A stretch of DNA of 64,000 nucleotides from Chrysomallon squamiferum. Taxonomy: Eukaryota > Animalia > Mollusca. Shown here in pieces: positions 51,991-64,000 of this stretch (position 1 is its first letter; every line of letters begins with the position of its first letter). The position numbers and the translations under genes were made by a program. The stretch spans positions 16,244,001 through 16,308,000 of the forward strand of contig CM022666.1 of the NCBI GenBank assembly GCA_012295275.1, read 5' to 3'. The notes under the pieces were generated by a model. The model was not told the origin of the DNA and searched no databases. It was given only the letters and a program-made list of their open reading frames with translations.

Positions 51991-54627
51991 TTTTTTTATT
52001 TATTTTTTAAATTATTGTTGAACAAATGGCCTGATATAGGAGTGGGTCCAGTTTCACAGGTGTCCGCATTATAGAGTTGGCCTGTAATCTGAGGAGACCT
52101 GTAACCAAATACATTAACAAAGAACCAGACATGTTTTTATCATAGTGCTGAACTGTAGTCACAAACCTTCATTTACACCACAGTGTGCTAAAGTTTACAC
52201 AGATCTTGTGTTATATTTTTTATATGCTGGATTTTCTCTTTGTTGAACAAGCAATGCTTGTTACGTTTGTCATTGTATGTCGAATTTCCTGGATTTTTTT
52301 TTTTTTGGTAATGTCTTTGTGATAGCATACTAAATTGCTCCATCTTTGGCAGTTCGATTTGTTTGTAATTGTATGGCAAATTTCTCGGTTTAACACTATA
52401 TGCAGAGATTGTCGTATTTAACAATGTTTCTAACTGTATGCAGAATTTCTCATTCAAACATCCACTGTCTTTGTGGTGTTTGTAGTTTTACACCGATTTT
52501 CTCACTTTAACTGTATAGTTGTTTAGTTTGTAGTTTTTTCTGAAACCTACAAAGTCAGTTACATTTGTAATTGTTTAACAAATAACCAGAATGATTTTAT
52601 TTGTAATTGTTTAACAAACTACAAGACAGATACATTTGTAACTGTTAGTTACATTTTTAATTGTGTGTTGAATTTCTCAGTCTAGCTAACAATAAGATTG
52701 ATGTGTTTTTAATTAGTTGCTGAATTTTTTTTTTTTCTCTACACTGTCACTGATGTATGTAGTGGTAATACTGTACTGTTTGTTTTATTTAAGACTATTA
52801 TTAGTATAATTACTGTTTTTCCAAATTACAGAGTTTGATCTTAGGTTTTGTTTGTTGGTTTAGAATATTTGTGGGTTTTTGGATTTTTTTTTTTTTTTTT
52901 TTTTTTTTTTGATAGGTTTGATTGGGATATTTTTAATTTTATTTTCGGGGAATGGTGTTAATTGTTTTAGAGTTTTATTTTTAATTTTGAAAGTGACTAG
53001 TTATTAAATGTCTTTGAAAATGACAAAAGCAATCAAATTCTGTTTTTATGAAATTTAAAAAAAAATATATGTTTACCATTTCAATCTCTTTGTAATGTTT
53101 CGTTATTCCTAAATTAATTATTATTCTGTACAATTCAATCATAAAATAAAAGTTAAAAAAAGAAAAAAATTAAATAACAAAGTAACATGTTAATACATCT
53201 ATGTATTTATACAGTTTGTCTTTCTCTATGTGGCTGTAACAACAAAATCATATGTTCATGATAATATATTGCAGTATAGTTTCACCACGTGCTAAATGTA
53301 GATTTAGTAATTCCAGAATTATTATTATTATTTTCTCTTTTTCATTACTATATTTTATTATAGTAATATATATAAGAATCATTGTCATTTTTGAAGCTGT
53401 TTTTAATCAATACATGTGACTTTACATATCATTGTTTTATTTTAGTTAAGTTTGTTGTTTGTGACTGTTTAAAGTTAATATTTATTATTATGATTATTAT
53501 TATTATTATTATTATTACTGCTATTACTAATATCACACGCTTGTGTGTATGTAGATATTTTTCTCTTGCCATTTCGACATTAGTGTACAATTGAAACCAC
53601 TGTTTGTTTAAAAAGTCAGTTTTTAAGATTCTAATCAAATTTGTTTACCAGGATAGCAGAAAAAAAAAAATTGTATTTAATACATTTTAATTCAATACAA
53701 AGGGAATATACTATAATTTATTATTACAAAGATCCAAAATAATTCACGTTTCATATACAGCATTTGTTTCAGTATTATAAAAAAATAAAATATACATTAA
53801 TTTATTTTACACCGTTATAGTACAAAATATACATTTAGCATTGAGTGAGTGATACACAAGGAGAGATACTCAATAATTTAGTATCACAAAGATTCTGGAT
53901 TAATTTACTTTCAAAATACAGCAGTTGTTTTAATTTTGTAGTTCACTTAGAAGTTTTGTTTAATCCAGATTTTAGTTTTTTCTTTTTCTTTCTTTCTTGA
54001 GGGCTGGAGGGGTTATATGGGGGTCTTTATTTATTTTATTTTTTTTGTTTTTGTTTTTTTTGTTTATTATTTTTTTTTTTTTTTATTTATTTTATTTTTT
54101 TTTTTTTTTTAATTTAAAAAAAAAATGATATGACCATGACCATTAATATACATGAGTTGTACAGACACAGTGACAGACAGACAGAGGTAAGTATGTGTAG
54201 ATGGGTGTAAATTACTTATACTCTCACATCTTTTATACGCACACTGTTACAGAGGTATGTTCATTTCGAGATGCTAGTCTTAAAGAAGTTACCAATTTTT
54301 GCTCGAAATTGTAAACTTTTTAAACTTATTTTATTTTTTCTTCATTTTTATTCTTCCCTTGTGGAAGTAAAACAAATTCATTTTACATCTGATTCAGTAG
54401 CTGATCTACAAAAGTTTCAAAACTTTATCAAGTATTCTTTTAGTTTACATATCATTAATTTGCTCATTAGATTATTTTTTTTTTACTATATACTAATCAT
54501 TTTACTTATGTGTGACAGTTTTGTAAAACTAATTTCTTTTATTATTTTGAATTAATCAGACGGTTCTCACCATTTTTCTTTCTCCCATAACATTATTTCA
54601 TTGCTCTGAACTGTGCACCGTATATTT

Positions 54628-54664
<37 letters not shown>

Positions 54665-54979
54665 GTTGTTATATTTTTTTTTTTTTTTTTTTTTTTTTCG
54701 TTTCATTCATTGTTTAAGTAACATAGAAATCATATTTACTTACTTTTGACGTGTTTAACTGTGTGAGTTAAGCAGATTGTAAACATTCTGTACCACACGT
54801 GTTTAATAATCTAGAACTGTGTATATGTAGCTTCACATTTTTTTCCTTTTCTAAGTTCTACCAGTTGTATATAATTTTGTCTCGATGATAATTTAAAATT
54901 AATCAGAAAAGTGGACATTTTATCCATGCTCTTGCATCACCTAAATAATAATAAAATATATAACTGAACATTTTGATTT

Positions 54980-55014
<35 letters not shown>

Positions 55015-55048
55015 ATTAATTTTATTGATTTATTTAATTTTATTTGTA

Positions 55049-55107
<59 letters not shown>

Positions 55108-55301
55108 TATATTTTCGTTTTCTTCTCTCTTTTTTATTATTTAAAAAAAATAAAAATAAAATGAATGTAAATATTTCAAATTTCTTTTGTGTACATGAAG
55201 AGCACGAGGAACATTTTGTTTAAATGACCAACAAACTTCACAACAAATTTTAAACATTTTCAAACAATTGCATTATTCTTTAATAATAGCTTCTTTTTTA
55301 T

Positions 55302-55334
<33 letters not shown>

Positions 55335-58178
55335 CACTTTTTTTTTCTCTTTATTAAGAAAAGGTCAATAAATATTCATTTTAGCATACCTACATTAAAT
55401 ATTCATGTTTCTACTCGATCTTTATAACCTCAGAATATTTAATCATTTATCAACATCACAACATTTAATACATAAAATACCCTTAAAAAGAAAAAAAAAG
55501 TTTTAATATTTACCAAAGTTTTGCGCTTCATTTTATTCGCACAGACTAGTTCGTTCAAAACGACAGTGGTGAGTACTCACTATTATACAGTGCTGTGTTA
55601 CTCACCCAGTCAGTGCCTCGCAGATGTCATAAGATAGAGTAGATCTGATTCTTAAAAGCATTTATAATTTTCTTGTCAACTCACTAAGATAAATTACCTC
55701 TTATTACTGGATTTCAGACTTCGAAGGAAATAATTAAACATTTCAGCTTATTAATATTTGGTGGTAATTTAATAAGTTATTGCGGTTAAAATATATATCT
55801 ATATAAATTTAACAGAGATAATATATAGTCACCAGTAAATATATTAACTATGCAAAGAATATTTACATCATAGTCTTTGTAAAGGGACCAGCAACATGTA
55901 ATGGAAATTAACCATCAATATCAAATAAGAAATTGTTTTAATTTTTTATTTAAATGTTTTATTATTTTTTTTTTACTAAATAAACCAATTCACTTTTACT
56001 TGCACTAATTTATCTTTCGCTTAAACTTTACACTATAATATATTAAACTTTAATATATAATAATTTAAAAACACACACTTTTTAAATTATCTCTAAGTAT
56101 TTCTCTTCAAACATTTCCATTTTAGTAGCACAGTCTGAGATAATTCAGACACTGATGAATAATCTTACCAACATCTATCACTTTATGATACAAAATCTTT
56201 TATTTAGAATTTTCTAGAATTTTTTCTCCCTACCACATCCCACCTCGCCCCACTGGGTGACAATACTGGGACGTTTTAGAATTCAGTAGACATTCCACGA
56301 GTAGATGTATTTTAGTTTGTGTGTGATTTGTGCCAATACAGTTTGTGTTACGTCACTTGTAATGACGTCACTTGTATTGCAATGACAACCAGATCGCTGG
56401 AAATGTGTGAATAAAAGTGTTCTTCCACATTTACGAATTGTCTGTTGTAATCATCATCATCATCATCATAACTATTATTGTTGTTGTTTATTTATTTATT
56501 TATCCATCCAGTCTTTTCAACATCAGTCCAGTGAAAACACGGCAAGTTTGAAACCAAATGTAAAAAGAAAGAAGAGAGAATGTTGAGGGAAGTTGAAGTT
56601 ATAGCTGAGTCTGAGCTGGGTGACACATTTTACATCAAGTATGTATTTGAGCACGATTTGTCACCCAGGAGCAAGTTACACATCACCCAGGATTGAAAAA
56701 TCGTTAAGTAGAAAATCATATTTTGGGACAGCCAGTTCCTTCACAGGAATATATATATACAAACACACACACACACATACATACACACATACACTTATAT
56801 ATATTTTTTTTTTTTTCCCCTGTGAAGGAACTGGCTGTAAAACAAACTATAAACTGACAAGATGATGAATAACAAGTTTAGACACAACAATAAAACAGTT
56901 GAGATTTAAAACATTTTAATACGTCAACAGAAAATTAAAACAGGAACCGACGTTTCTAAATGTAAAAAACAAAACAAAAATATAAACGTGTAATAATTCA
57001 AAAAGACAAATCTTTGTTAAAATAGAATTTAAATGCAATGATCGTCAAGAAGTAAAAAACACAGAAACACACAAAACTCTGCATATAATTCAAAAATGCA
57101 TTTACAATAATACAGTTGTTATGTATACTTCAAAATGGACCGTGTGTTATGAATACAATACTTGAGTAAGTGAATGTTTATCATACAATGCGTTATATTA
57201 ACTTCAAAAACAGTTACTACAATGATGCAATTAGCGATGAAATTTTCTGCTGTTATTTCAAGTCCTACATGTTTTATATCAGTGCGGATGTTCTTGTATT
57301 TTACTGCTGAAAGGAATTTACCTTTCGTTAAATCGGTAATGAGTATTTGTTATAACTGGAAAACAGCCAAACCTTTTTTTTTTTTTTTTTTTTTTTTTTT
57401 ATTATCGGTTCTGTTTTCCGATCCAGCTATGACTCTGTTTATCAAATGAACAACGATCTCTGTAACATGGAATAAAAGATAAGCTAGCAGGTCTTGCTGT
57501 TATTACTAGCGAATGAACAGTAGAGTCAGTGTGTGAAGCAAACCTCTAGTAAAGAGAGGAAAATACAAAACAAAACAAAACAAAACAAAGGTCGTGGACG
57601 AGTTTGAACAGGACACAATTCACAAGTAGATCTGGGGAGGACATATCTGCAGAATACACGATAACTGATGAACATCTCGTATCATTGTTTGGTAAATATA
57701 GGAATGGAAACGATCTGCTGTGAGAAGAGGGAGAAGAGGGGGGGATCAGCTAGATAAGTAGTGGAAAGAAACAAACTGACAGAGCACAGCACAAAACAGA
57801 AATCTGTGAAAACAACATGCTGACGTTTTCAGCCAATAAAAAAAAAACACTACTACATGCACGGTGATGATGATGGTGATGATGACAATGATGGTGGCGA
57901 TAAATGTTTACATGTTTCAGTCAGAAAACTGTTCAAACAAGCCTGTCCTGGACTTATTTCTGACGTCATCAGAGAGTTCAGTCCAAGACAGAGAAACTGT
58001 ATATAGTTGTTGTGATTACCAAGTAAACTGACTGAGATGTTATTAAGCAAACCTGAGGTTATCATGAAACAATCTAAGATTCATTTTACAAGATAGAAAA
58101 TAACAGATATCAAAACTGATTGAGGTTATCACAAAACTGGTTATATTATAGCACGCGTTTGTAAGAAAAACAAATAAC

Positions 58179-58232
<54 letters not shown>

Positions 58233-59744
58233 GAAAGAAAGAAAGAAAGTAAGAAAAAAAAAGAAATGAAAAAAAAAAGAGGACGTGCACCGATTCACCA
58301 TAGTAATGTTTTACTGATACCAGTGATATCGAGTTATGTTTTCATGTAGAATTAATTTAGCGTGTTACCTTGACACGGACACATTCACACACATCTACCC
58401 GACATGCAACATCGTAAATTACACGACAGTTTCATGTCACCAAGTGTGAAAAAAAGAAGGTTTCTTTTAAAATCATTTTTGTATCGTAAGAAATACGACA
58501 GCGATGTTATCAAGTATGATATAGTGATAACCTGTCGAGGTTTTAACAAGATATATTTTTCTTAAAGATAAAACAGAGATACGATTTAAAAATTTCAGCA
58601 AGATAACAGAGAGCATCTCTGTGTCAGAAGATTTTTTTGTTTGTTTGATCTTAAAATGTGACAAACGCATTTCTTTCTCTGTACGTTTTGCAAAAATACT
58701 GTGTAAGTTACATTATTATAAACAACTTTTAGACTGTGCTTACATCTGTATTTATTATATCATGTTACAGGTGTTTGTTTTTTTAATAAATTAGTTTGTA
58801 TGCAACAGTCATCCAGTGAATATTTGTTTAGTGAACACCTCAAAAAAACAAAACAAATAATAATAATAATAATAATGGTAATAATAATGATGATGATGAT
58901 GATGATAATGATGATGGTGATGATGATGATGATAATAACAGTAATAATAAATAAATAAATGACGATGATGATAATGATGATAGTCTTTGTTCTTTATGTT
59001 CTAAAGTATGTCACGTGACTGATGACGTACCAGACTACATATTTAAGTTAGCTGCCAGTGAAATGTTAGTAATACTTGAGAACTTAAAGTTAAATGCGTG
59101 CTGAGGTATTAGTTCTGACCAGAAATGGGTTTAATTATCATGCGGCTCTTTGAAGTAGCGTACAGGTAACCTTAATACGTTTTCTTCACTTCCGTTTTAC
59201 TGTTTAATATAATACTGCTGACTACTCTTTGTTAATTATAAAGCATAACAATAAAATACTTGCTCGTGAAGATGAAATTTCTCTGTTATGATGACGTCAT
59301 TTTGGTAAGTAGATATACTGATTATAAATTATGTAAATCATCACACAAAAAAAAAAGCGATATGCTAGGTTTATCAAGGACGCTTATTAATTTCTGTCTG
59401 CGATATGATCTCACGAAAAAGAAAATTTCAGCTTCCTTGTGAAGTTAGAAGTACCTTGTTATTCTGGTGTTACTTCACTGTCAACAAAACGAGACGAAAA
59501 AAAACCAAACAGACGACACACGTGAAACTGTGTTTAGACTGTCTCTCTGGCACGTTACACTCAAACAAAACCTAGTCGTTATTATGTAAACTTCTTGACT
59601 ATTATCTGATTATCTACTCAAGAGTGGAGGCAGGTTACATTAAATAGTGCACTGATTGAATAATAAATAATAGTTTTCTTAAGTAGCAATCCATATCATA
59701 TTAAGTGATGTGTACCATAATACGTAACATCAATATCGTTAACA

Positions 59745-59823
<79 letters not shown>

Positions 59824-59866
59824 ATGATATGGTGACAAGATACAGCATAGAAAAACAATTCACGCA

Positions 59867-60086
59867 TTACACAGGCGGCATGCCATTCGTGTATCGGAGC
59901 GTAAAGCCGAAGTAATTGTCAAGATTGTTTTTGAGAAAACAGTTGAAATCATCCTCGCAGCCCGGGATCATCCCAGCTATCACAAACAACAGCAGTAATA
60001 GAGACTCGTACGGAAGACAACGAAGTAAAGCTCCGGCAAACATCGGAGACCACCGACTCTCCCAGACGTAACGTGTTGTTATGATG
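59867..60086 (-). CDS. Terminal exon encoding a KASH domain (nesprin-type outer nuclear membrane anchor)
   Basis: Minus-strand acceptor ttctttattttcAG, phase 2; IITTRYVWESRWSPMFAGALLRCLPYESLLLLLFVIAGMIPGCEDDFNCFLKNNLDNYFGFTLRYTNGMPPV*. TM helix plus ~30-aa luminal peptide with E(E/D)D-x-x-C-x-L-x-NN and LRYTNG-x-PP-x-stop, matching recalled nesprin-1 ([44 protein letters not shown]). Confidence 0.92.
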
Positions 60087-60260
60087 CTGAAAATAAAGAA
60101 ATACGTCACAGTAAAAGTTTGTTTAGTTTTGTGATACAGTTTTTACTTTCTTGATCAGGCGAATGCTGTAACTGTAATCGTACTATTACCACTAATAGCT
60201 GTAGTAGTATTTATTTAATTATTCCTATTTATTTATTTATTTATTTATTTATTTTATTAT

Positions 60261-60291
<31 letters not shown>

Positions 60292-60451
60292 TGTTAATTT
60301 CTTAAACTTACTTAGGAATGTCAGTATTTTAAGATGAAAATTTCGAACGGCAACATATCTATATTTTATTATTTTAATTATAATCTGAAGATCAGTTTGA
60401 AATAGAAAGAGAGAGAGAGAGAGGGAGGGAGATATATATATTTATTTATTT

Positions 60452-60484
<33 letters not shown>

Positions 60485-60528
60485 CACACACACATCTACA
60501 TAGATACATGTATGACTATCTGTCTATC

Positions 60529-60603
60529 TAACTAACAACTGTGCAGTGGAAAGAAAAACAGTCCAAAATTTAATATGAGGTTATTAAGTGATAATAAGAT
60601 AAA

Positions 60604-60688
<85 letters not shown>

Positions 60689-60770
60689 GTGGTTATTTAT
60701 CTTATTATCACTTAATAACCTCATATTAAATTTTGGACTGTTTCTCTTTCCACTGCACAGTTGTTAGTTA
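60529..60770. repeat. 75-bp near-perfect inverted repeat enclosing a (GA)n tract (foldback/MITE-like hairpin)
   Basis: 60529-60603 is the reverse complement of 60696-60770 with one mismatch; TA at both outer ends. Confidence 0.92.
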
Positions 60771-61689
60771 ATAAATACCTGTACTATAATCCGCCATCTC
60801 TCTGTGGTAACAGCATATAACAGACACCTTGCTTCTGATAAACTACGCCACGAATAACCCGTTAAACTTTACCACTAAACTAAAAATGTGTCACTGATTC
60901 AACAGTACAACAATTCACTGGAGAAATCTAACACTGGACTACAAGATAACACGAGCTGATTACATCCGAGCTTTAATAATATTGTGGAAGACGTGACACA
61001 TTCCACGTTAGAATAATGTGATTAATTTATTTTACATGATTGATTTTTGTTGTTTTAGGCAAAATAACACTAGGAATTTTGCGGATCAAAACCAGAATTT
61101 TCTGGCATTCATGTTAAACTTTATTATTTTTTTAATTATAAATTATAAAAGTTACATTGCAGGTGATAATCAAAACAAAAACAAAAAACAAAACAAACGA
61201 TAGGAAATTTTTCTCTTGAATGAAGTAAACCGTGGTTTCTGCTATGTATATTGGTTTGTGTTGCTATTAATCCTAATTTCTTGTATCTGTTCTTTCTGTT
61301 AATATTTTAAATTCCTTTTACCATTTTATTCTTGAATGAACAATATGTTTTATCCATTAGAATTTCAGAGCAACTGATAACAGATCATTAAGTTTTCCGC
61401 TCAAAGTGACTCTGACGAATTTATTTAATTAAACAAGAAACTGCTCACAATAATTCATGTTACGCAACAGAATTTTGATATTTGTATAATTAATAAATAA
61501 CTGACTGTCGCATAAAGATGATTTACAAAATGAATAATGAATGATTCGTGACATTTTATTCTATCTCAGTTTTTACAGAAATAAATAAAAACAAAAAGAA
61601 CAAAGCTGATTTTTGAAATCTATTTATTCAGGTTTGCGATTATATTACAGATTTATAAATCATTGATAAAGATTTGTTATAAAATGTTT

Positions 61690-62120
61690 ACATCAAAAAT
61701 AAAAGTGAAGAGAAAAAGAAGAAAGAAAATGTTTTGTATGATCCGCAAATAATTCCTAGGTTATATATTTTTTTTTTATAAATTCCTAGATTTATTCCTT
61801 TTTTATAACAAACATTCCTAGAGTTATATATTTTTATAACAAATATTAATATGGTTATATATTTTTATAACAAATATTAATATGGTTATATATTTTTATA
61901 ACAAACGTTAATAGGGTTATATATTTTATAACAAAACGTTAATATGGGTCTATATATTTTGTAATAAACGTTAATATGGCTATATATTTTCATAACAAGA
62001 ATTCCTAGAGTTACATATCTTTAAAACAAAAATTAATAGTGTTATATTTTTTATAACAAACATTTCTAGAGTCATACAGTATATAAGAAGAAATTCTGGC
62101 GATATATATCTTATACCAAA
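61690..62120. repeat. Degenerate ~31-bp AT-rich minisatellite
   Basis: GTTATATATTTTTATAACAAATATTAATATG-like unit, more than ten copies. Confidence 0.85.
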
Positions 62121-62532
62121 CATGACAGCTATAAATTCATACATATATATATATATATATATATATAAACTTTTAGCGTTAAGACATTGTTATAACAAAA
62201 ACTATTAAATGTTAACAATAAAAAGTGCTTCAGTTATATGTCATACTTCAGTAGCAATTCATTTTTACATTTATATATTTTACATGAAAATGTTTCCGTT
62301 TAACAGCAAAAGTTCCCTATGTCGAATATTTTTATAGCAAAAATTTATGACATTATAATCATACAGGTTATAATTTCCCAGATCTTTAACAGCAAAACAA
62401 AAAGAAAATTTTAGCTGAAACAGCACCAAACCAACGTAGTATTTCACAACATGAACATATACTTTCTTAAACTTTTTATACTAGATCATTAATATGACTT
62501 TATTCTTTCTTCTTTTTCTCTTAATTTCATCA

Positions 62533-62600
<68 letters not shown>

Positions 62601-63578
62601 TTAATTAGGTAGCAAAAGAAGAAGGTTATATAAAGAATGTGTAAAAGTAATGGGTGGGTCTTTTAGGCATCGAACCCTCTCCCCTACAGTTTGAACGAGG
62701 GTCGCACATCTTTTGTGTTAGCAACAATAACCTGTGGTTATATTAAACATCACAAGATACTCAGTAAACTCATAGGTGATATTAAAAAAATAAAAAATAA
62801 AATAAAAAATAAAATAAAAAATAAATAATATCCGTGTAATATTAAATAGCATTATGAATGTTTCTTTAACAACTAATATTTTGTTTTACTCCCATCTATA
62901 AATACAGCAGGTCATTTCCTATGAAAGAAAAGGGCATAAAAAGAATAAATGTAGATATAAAAATATAAATGTATATATATATAGTATTTTGATAATTTGT
63001 GCAAAATTATTTCCAAATCGTACGTTATATCCAATAACTGAAAATTTATATTAATATGAAAAAAATAAAATTATAATATAAAATATTTGTATAACAGTCA
63101 ATAAAGTATAATTAATAAATACAAAAAACAAAATTAAAAAAATTCAAACACGAGATAACAGGTTTTAAAATATCTAAGAAAAATGTATCTGAACAACTAC
63201 AAATGTTACTATTAATAGAAAGATATTTTGACCAATGAGATCTTTTGTTACATATGATACGAGTATCCTCACTGTTTATCCGTGAAATGTAAGAAAGATA
63301 TAAAATTATATAAGTACAAAATCAAATAAAACTATTAGTAGCGCTAATGATGATAATTATTAGTAATAACAGCATCAGTAATTCAAAATAATTGTAAAAG
63401 ATAAAAGTAAAGAAGTACAGCGTAAAATAAATGAATAAGGGAATGTCAAAAATGACTGTATTATGTTTCGGTGTCATTCGTACATACATACATATATATA
63501 TATAAGTTGATCTTAAGGCTTGTATATTAAAATCTATGACAGTAAAATAGTTTATATTCTAACATCACGTGACTTTGA

Positions 63579-64000
63579 TCATTTTTTCAACGCTCTCATC
63601 GCTTTTACAGACCTCATTAGTTTCGTTTTGGCGCTCTCGAACTTCTGAACAACGATCGTGTGCTCAGGGTTGATGTCCAGCTTGGAGACGTCGGTGACAA
63701 TCCTCGCTTTAATGAAGCCTTTCATTATTGCTTCCTGCACGGGGATTCGTTCCCCGGTCTTGTTGTTTATGTACTCGCCCGTCGCCTTGTCCAGCAGCCC
63801 CTGACTGACCGCCTCGTGGAAGCTGACCTTGTCCTTCTTCAGCTGGTCCACGACGCCGTGCACTGAGTACGTCTTCGTGACGACTTCAGGCTTGCTGTTT
63901 CCGTTCTCCATGTGGTAGTCGACGACCACCAGTCCGCTGGAAATGGCGTCTGCGATCGCCATCTTGTCTCCCGTTTCGGTCGTGTACGTTCCGTTGTGAG
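63579..64000 (-). CDS. 3' end of a large exon encoding plectin/plakin repeats (plakin/spectraplakin-family cytolinker), 5'-partial
   Basis: Frame is open to the window edge (HNGTYTTETGDKMAIADAISSGLV...). Plakin-repeat signatures VSFHEAVSQGLLD, TGEYINNKTGERIPVQEAIMKGFI and GVVDQ; GC-rich codon usage; TGA at 63579-63581. Confidence 0.88.
   Translation of the reverse strand, partial: HNGTYTTETGDKMAIADAISSGLVVVDYHMENGNSKPEVVTKTYSVHGVVDQLKKDKVSFHEAVSQGLLDKATGEYINNKTGERIPVQEAIMKGFIKARIVTDVSKLDINPEHTIVVQKFESAKTKLMRSVKAMRALKK

Noticed and set aside
52025-52086. Possible pogo/Tigger-type MITE end (GTGTCCGCATTATAGAGTTGGCCTGTA), and a similar degenerate piece near 31500-31670
   Set aside because: No matching partner inverted repeat or target-site duplication could be found, so it is not reported as a feature.
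63660-63866. Plus-strand 68-aa ORF
   Set aside because: Antisense shadow of the plakin-repeat exon.

Overview
Eukaryotic (animal) genomic DNA: very AT-rich, dense in microsatellites and minisatellites, with spliceosomal GT-AG introns. The texture suggests a mollusc-like invertebrate, but that is inference. Most entries in the ORF track are translations of simple repeats. Manual exon assembly supports four protein-coding loci. (1) An MS4A/CD20-like four-transmembrane protein with a long Tyr-rich tail (+, 1783-4543, 5' exon not found). (2) A five-exon, 131-aa secreted, probably GPI-anchored protein whose cysteine spacing matches vertebrate neuritin/CPG15 (+, 14638-24794). (3) A 16-coding-exon long-chain acyl-CoA synthetase of the ACSL3/ACSL4 type (+, 37847-51093), with two lesions that look like assembly errors. 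(4) The 3' end of a minus-strand locus with a plectin/plakin-repeat exon (63579->64000) and, 3.5 kb downstream, a separate KASH-domain terminal exon (59867-60086). An internal phase-2 donor in the plakin exon could join the two in frame. The most notable observations are the possible plakin-repeat/KASH protein, the invertebrate neuritin-like gene, and unrelated minisatellites that repeatedly duplicate ACSL splice sites. Family comparisons are from recalled sequences; no searches were run.
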